The notes below the pieces were generated by a model. It saw nothing but the letters and a program-made list of their open reading frames with translations, did not search any database and was not told where the DNA came from. DNA of 56,742 nucleotides, counting the filler, from Platydemus manokwari (lineage: Eukaryota), in the NCBI GenBank assembly GCA_037951405.1. It is 5 parts of 5 records of this genome, joined end to end, with 100 filler letters (N's around TTAATTAATTAA, not from the genome) between each part and the next. Parts side by side here need not be neighbours in the genome. Positions count along the whole stretch, not along the records: positions 46,434 to 56,742 come from JBBMOY011146549.1; 4 more parts are not named here. One strand, given 5' to 3'. Position 1 is the first letter of the stretch, and every line of letters starts with the position of its first letter. Shown in pieces: positions 52,158 through 56,742 of the stretch. A program made the position numbers and the translations under genes.

Positions 52158-54399
52158 CTACAATATTATTCAGATAATTATATTTATTATTTTGAATGAA
52201 AAACAGCAAAATTCCACCCACGCACAATATAAATTTATGTATTAGATACAAAATTCAATCGACATAATGTTACTTTAGACATTAATTGTGGAGTATATTT
52301 TGTTTATTCATGTAATAATTTCATGTCGATAGTACACACGTTTATTTTTACTCTCAATGAATCGTGAATTATAAAAGAAAAATCATGGGATTCTCATGTT
52401 ATTTATAATATCTACAAAAGATGTATAAAAATAATTCCACGTATAAAAGCTGAATAATATAAGAAAATCTCTCATTGACTCGAAAATCTTATGGAAATAA
52501 TTGACAACGAATTGATATTATTTTTCTCACTCCTGATACAAACAGCTCATTTTAAAAATAGAATTTTCTTCAGTCTTCATAATCGTAACATTACATTTTA
52601 TGCACTGATAAAGAAGAGATTAATGTATGCTAATATGAATTTTAATAAATTATAAAACCAAGCTCACATTTTTTATTTTAATGCGAAGTTTAACAATATC
52701 AATCGATGATTTTGCATGTTCAAAACGATTCTTTAAATAGAACGAGTCTACTTTTAAAATAATGAAACTTGTTTTAACGAAATGAAATTGCAAAATAGAG
52801 AAATGGAAAAATTGAAAATAGCGAAATTGTTTGTAGTTTTAAAAATAGAATTTATGTTCAGACAAAATTCCAATGTAAATTACATCCGAAATTAAAGATT
52901 AATTATAAAGCATTTGAGTTATTTCAGTGATTTTACCAATTAATTTAATAATAGGGAAATATCATTATTAAATTATAAAATCATCCATTATATTATTATG
53001 TAATACGTATCGTTGTTAATTAATAAGAGTTAGGCAAAAAATTTGAATCTTTATTTAAATATTTCTCAAAAATCGTAATTCCGTTTATCTGAAGCTGATA
53101 ATTAAATTCAATAAAAGATAATTTTATTTGGCAATATTAATAACAACAATTATGGTGGTTAAATAAATCATCATCGACATAAATATTGTTCTCTTAGCGA
53201 GATGTATTCATTGTGTAGCTGTGTTGCAAGATCATTTTGAAAAATTCTAAAATTGAACTCAATTGATTTGAGTGACAAGTATGAAATAATTTTAATTATA
53301 ATATTAAATTTATATGGCCTTATTAAAAAGATAGATGTGTACTAATCCAGTTAATGTAACCATGATCGGGAGAATTTTATTTTATAATTTTTTATAATAA
53401 CATTTTTTACATTTTCGAATAAGAAATACTTTATTAAAAACATAAGTTACTTCCATTAAAATTTATTGATTTAAAAATCACACGCGTTTCTTTCAATATT
53501 AAAACAAAACTCATTTTTATCTAACTACTTTTATTATGAACATTAGAAAACCAAAGTTTTTTCCAATTTTCTGAACATATTAATGTTATTTAGTGATCAT
53601 TGCTCTTTCTTGAATTCTTTCAACCGTTTTCCCTTATCTATCAATTTTATTTCTAGTGTTTTAAATCACAAATTTTAGAAAATAACCCAATACGGTGAGT
53701 ATTCGAAAAGATACAATATGATATATTTTTATTTTGAAATGAAAAACACTTTCGAAACTTATAGATTTATTCTTCAACTGATTTCTTACAAATAGTCCGA
53801 TTTTTCTGTACTTTCGTTATGATTAATTTTATTCTCAGCAGTACACAAATCGTTATTGTCAATACTGACGATTTTGTTCAACGGTATACACACTGAAACG
53901 AGATCGAAATTGTAAATTTACACTTGAATCACTTCAAAACCAAACAAATTTTCAATAGCTTTTTCTCTTAATGAATTTCTGGTCGTATTTTTTCGATGAA
54001 ATTGTTTATGTGCTAGAAAAATTGAGATAAATAATTGTATTTTACTTTTTTTTAAAAATTCTTTATTATACTTCAATGGAATTTGAATTTGTTTCTCCTT
54101 TTTTCTCAACACAATTTGTTAAAAAGGAATTTAAAATTAATCTGTCCTGAATTTGAAAATAAAATGAAATTTATAAGAGATTATTCAGAAACTTCGACTG
54201 TGATTATCCAATGGTTTTTACAATTATTATTGAAGTATAATTATCGATAGTACTTATTAATGGGAAAATATTTGATATACAAAACTTTATTTATTACCAA
54301 TTCCCTGTGTTTATAAATCGTTTCATATCTGATATTAATTATGATTATATTGGCAAGTTATAGCTGACAATGAAGCAATTGCACAACCATTATTTAACA

Positions 54400-56100
54400 T
54401 GAAAACAAACAAACATGCCCACACACCCTTACCATAAGAATTCATCTATCCACTAATGAACTTCTCCCACATCACCTTCTTCAACCACTCGATGTTTCGG
54501 ATTGGTGTTGTCCTCACTTCATTTCTGAGCTTAAAACTTCTAACATAGTTTATTTCTATGGATCTTATTTGGTTTGGACTTTCATATTGATATTTCATTT
54601 TATTGCATTCTTCTCTTTATCAATACCCGTTTACTCACTTCTCAGACTTTCTCTCTGACGTTTATCCAATTTTTCTTCAGTTTTTTGCCATTCTTTGTTC
54701 ATATGTCTACCGAAAGTTATATTTGCTAGTGAAAATGTCTTCATCCATTGGATCGTAGAGCTTAATATAAACTGAATCTCGGACAATAAGTCAATCCAAC
54801 ATCGGATATTCGCATGAAGCAGAATTGATCATTTCTTGTCGTAAATGCAGTCTTCATTCACGATTCTTCTTCTAGATCTATTCGGATATAAGGGTTTCCG
54901 AATCATGCTGAAAATTTTTATTTTTTGTATTTAATTTTATTATTTCTTCTACACTCGGAAAAGAAAACAAAGGTCATTCAGTTAATACACGAAAATCTAA
55001 GTATATTCTTACAGCGACCTCATTCTGCTTGGTAATGCACAGTGGTGGGCCTGTTTACATCCATCTGATTCACATTTTCCTTATTATTGGTTCACTAATA
55101 ATGTTCATTTTAACACATTTATCCAAAATAACAATGCATTTTATTACGTTTTTCCAACCTAATCAAAATGGTCTGCCGTTCATAAAAATATTAGACTTTT
55201 CTTTCTTTCACTGGAAAATTTATTAAAATTTTTAAATTTAACAATTATATCAATCTTCTTTTTAAATATAACGATGTCGTAAGCAGTTTCGTCATTAATG
55301 GGAATACAATCACGATTATTCGCAACCAAATTGTCATTCATTCTCAAACAAACATACATACATGTCACATATGCATGTCTCATTCATACATTCATTGTCA
55401 GATAAATACCGATTCAACCAAATTTATGGCTTGTCTTTTAAGAGAGTTTTGTCAGGTTGATTTTCTTTACTTCTTTCCATCTCTTCCTCCTAGGCATTCG
55501 CGGCATTAAACAGTTTCTATTCTCTTGTTTTTGAATAAAATGATCCCTTCGTTTGTGAATACCTTTTTTCGAAGTTCTGAAACTTGTTAAGGTGTAGTAG
55601 TTTGGTTCCCTGGTCACAATTTCTTAATAATAATTCAGAACCGAAATCAATGAAATGGACATTTCTGCATTGAGCTGTAATGTGTCCAAGTTGACCGCAT
55701 GTCAAGAATCGTCGAGCTTCTCTTCATTCTTCTAATATTGTCGATTTAGATATTCTTTTTTTGTTTCTAGCTGATCACATACGTGAATTAACTTCTTTCA
55801 TTGTTTTTGTCATTTCTGCATATGATATTTTCTTAATAATGATAACTCTTCCTCAATTTCTTTTTAAATGTCTTCCAGCTTCTGGAAGACATCTTTGGCT
55901 TGGATTACCATTTTGACCTCCCACATTTTCATTTATTTTTTTCAATTTCTACTTATTTGTTTGTATTTTGAAAAAAAAATCATCCATGACAGCTCAGTTA
56001 ATTTATGCTGGAAGATTTTGAAACAAATATTCAGACAACTTAATTGTTACATCATCTGGAAATATTAGTCTTGGGCGAATTTTTATGGATGTCCAGCTTT
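54400..56100 (-). mobile_element. Degenerate Ty3/gypsy element (gag zinc knuckle, RT, RNase H remnants)
   Basis: LTCGQLGHITAQC (CCHC knuckle, about 55670-55705); VRIYLDFRVL...FPSVEEII (RT N-terminus, about 54930-55020); correct gag-to-RT order on the minus strand. Confidence 0.7.
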
Positions 56101-56742
56101 AAATGCCTATATTAGTAATATGATGCTAATACAAACCCTGTTTATTGATAATACAAACTTAACGTTGAAAAAGTTTGATTCAATGTTTAGACACAAAAAT
56201 TCTTTAAACAGCTTTTGTAATACATATCGTATCATTATTACATTTAAAAACCATCCAATGATCTTTTAATTTTCAGTATCAAAGGTCTTATGATATGTAT
56301 GCTCTAAAGTTTTAAAAATATTATAAATAATGGGGAAATAAATTTATATATTTGGATATATTTTTCATGAGATTTAATTATTTCAAAACATTTATTAATT
56401 TTTGATCATAATCTTCAATATTAAAAGCAGTTCCTTTAATTGGTGTATATATATATATATATACTAAACACATTCTGCAATTCAATCTCTTTACCAGTTA
56501 TTTCTAGTGACCTACTTGTAATCATATTGATATTTCCTTCTGTGATTTTCCTACAAAGTTTCCGCATATGATGCATCTAATGAAATAGCGAAAAAAAGGT
56601 GATTTTCCTAACTAAGAAAAATTTCTCTCCCTTATTGCAATTTACTGATTCATATTCTAATAGGAAAGAAATATTAATTCACTAAAATAATTGCTTGTTT
56701 CTATAATAGTGAATAGCCGTAATTCATACAAATATATATATA

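Overview
Very AT-rich metazoan genomic DNA with spliced genes and many 44-55 nt introns. It is probably a triclad flatworm (planarian); this is inferred from intron size, (AAT)n tracts and cecropia-type mariners. The window comprises five contigs joined by four artificial 100-nt spacers (N44-TTAATTAATTAA-N44), so neighbourhoods across spacers are unreliable. Manual splicing gives five genes. (1) A complete 10-exon, 417-aa Discs-large-like gene (L27-PDZ-PDZ) that ends in a poly-Lys tail with no PDZ3/SH3/GUK. (2) The 3' part of a divergent Slo/BK K+ channel whose calcium bowl is degenerate. (3) The 3' part of liprin-beta, with three SAM domains and several possible terminal exons. (4) A secreted C-type lectin + PAN/apple protein carrying a 1-nt frameshift. 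(5) Two exons of a PLC-beta4/NorpA-like phospholipase C. The rest is mostly decayed mariner/Tc1 and Ty3/gypsy remnants, an intronic satellite and microsatellites. The most interesting signals are the truncated DLG paralogue and the bowl-less Slo channel. No prokaryote-type system (CRISPR, operon) is present.
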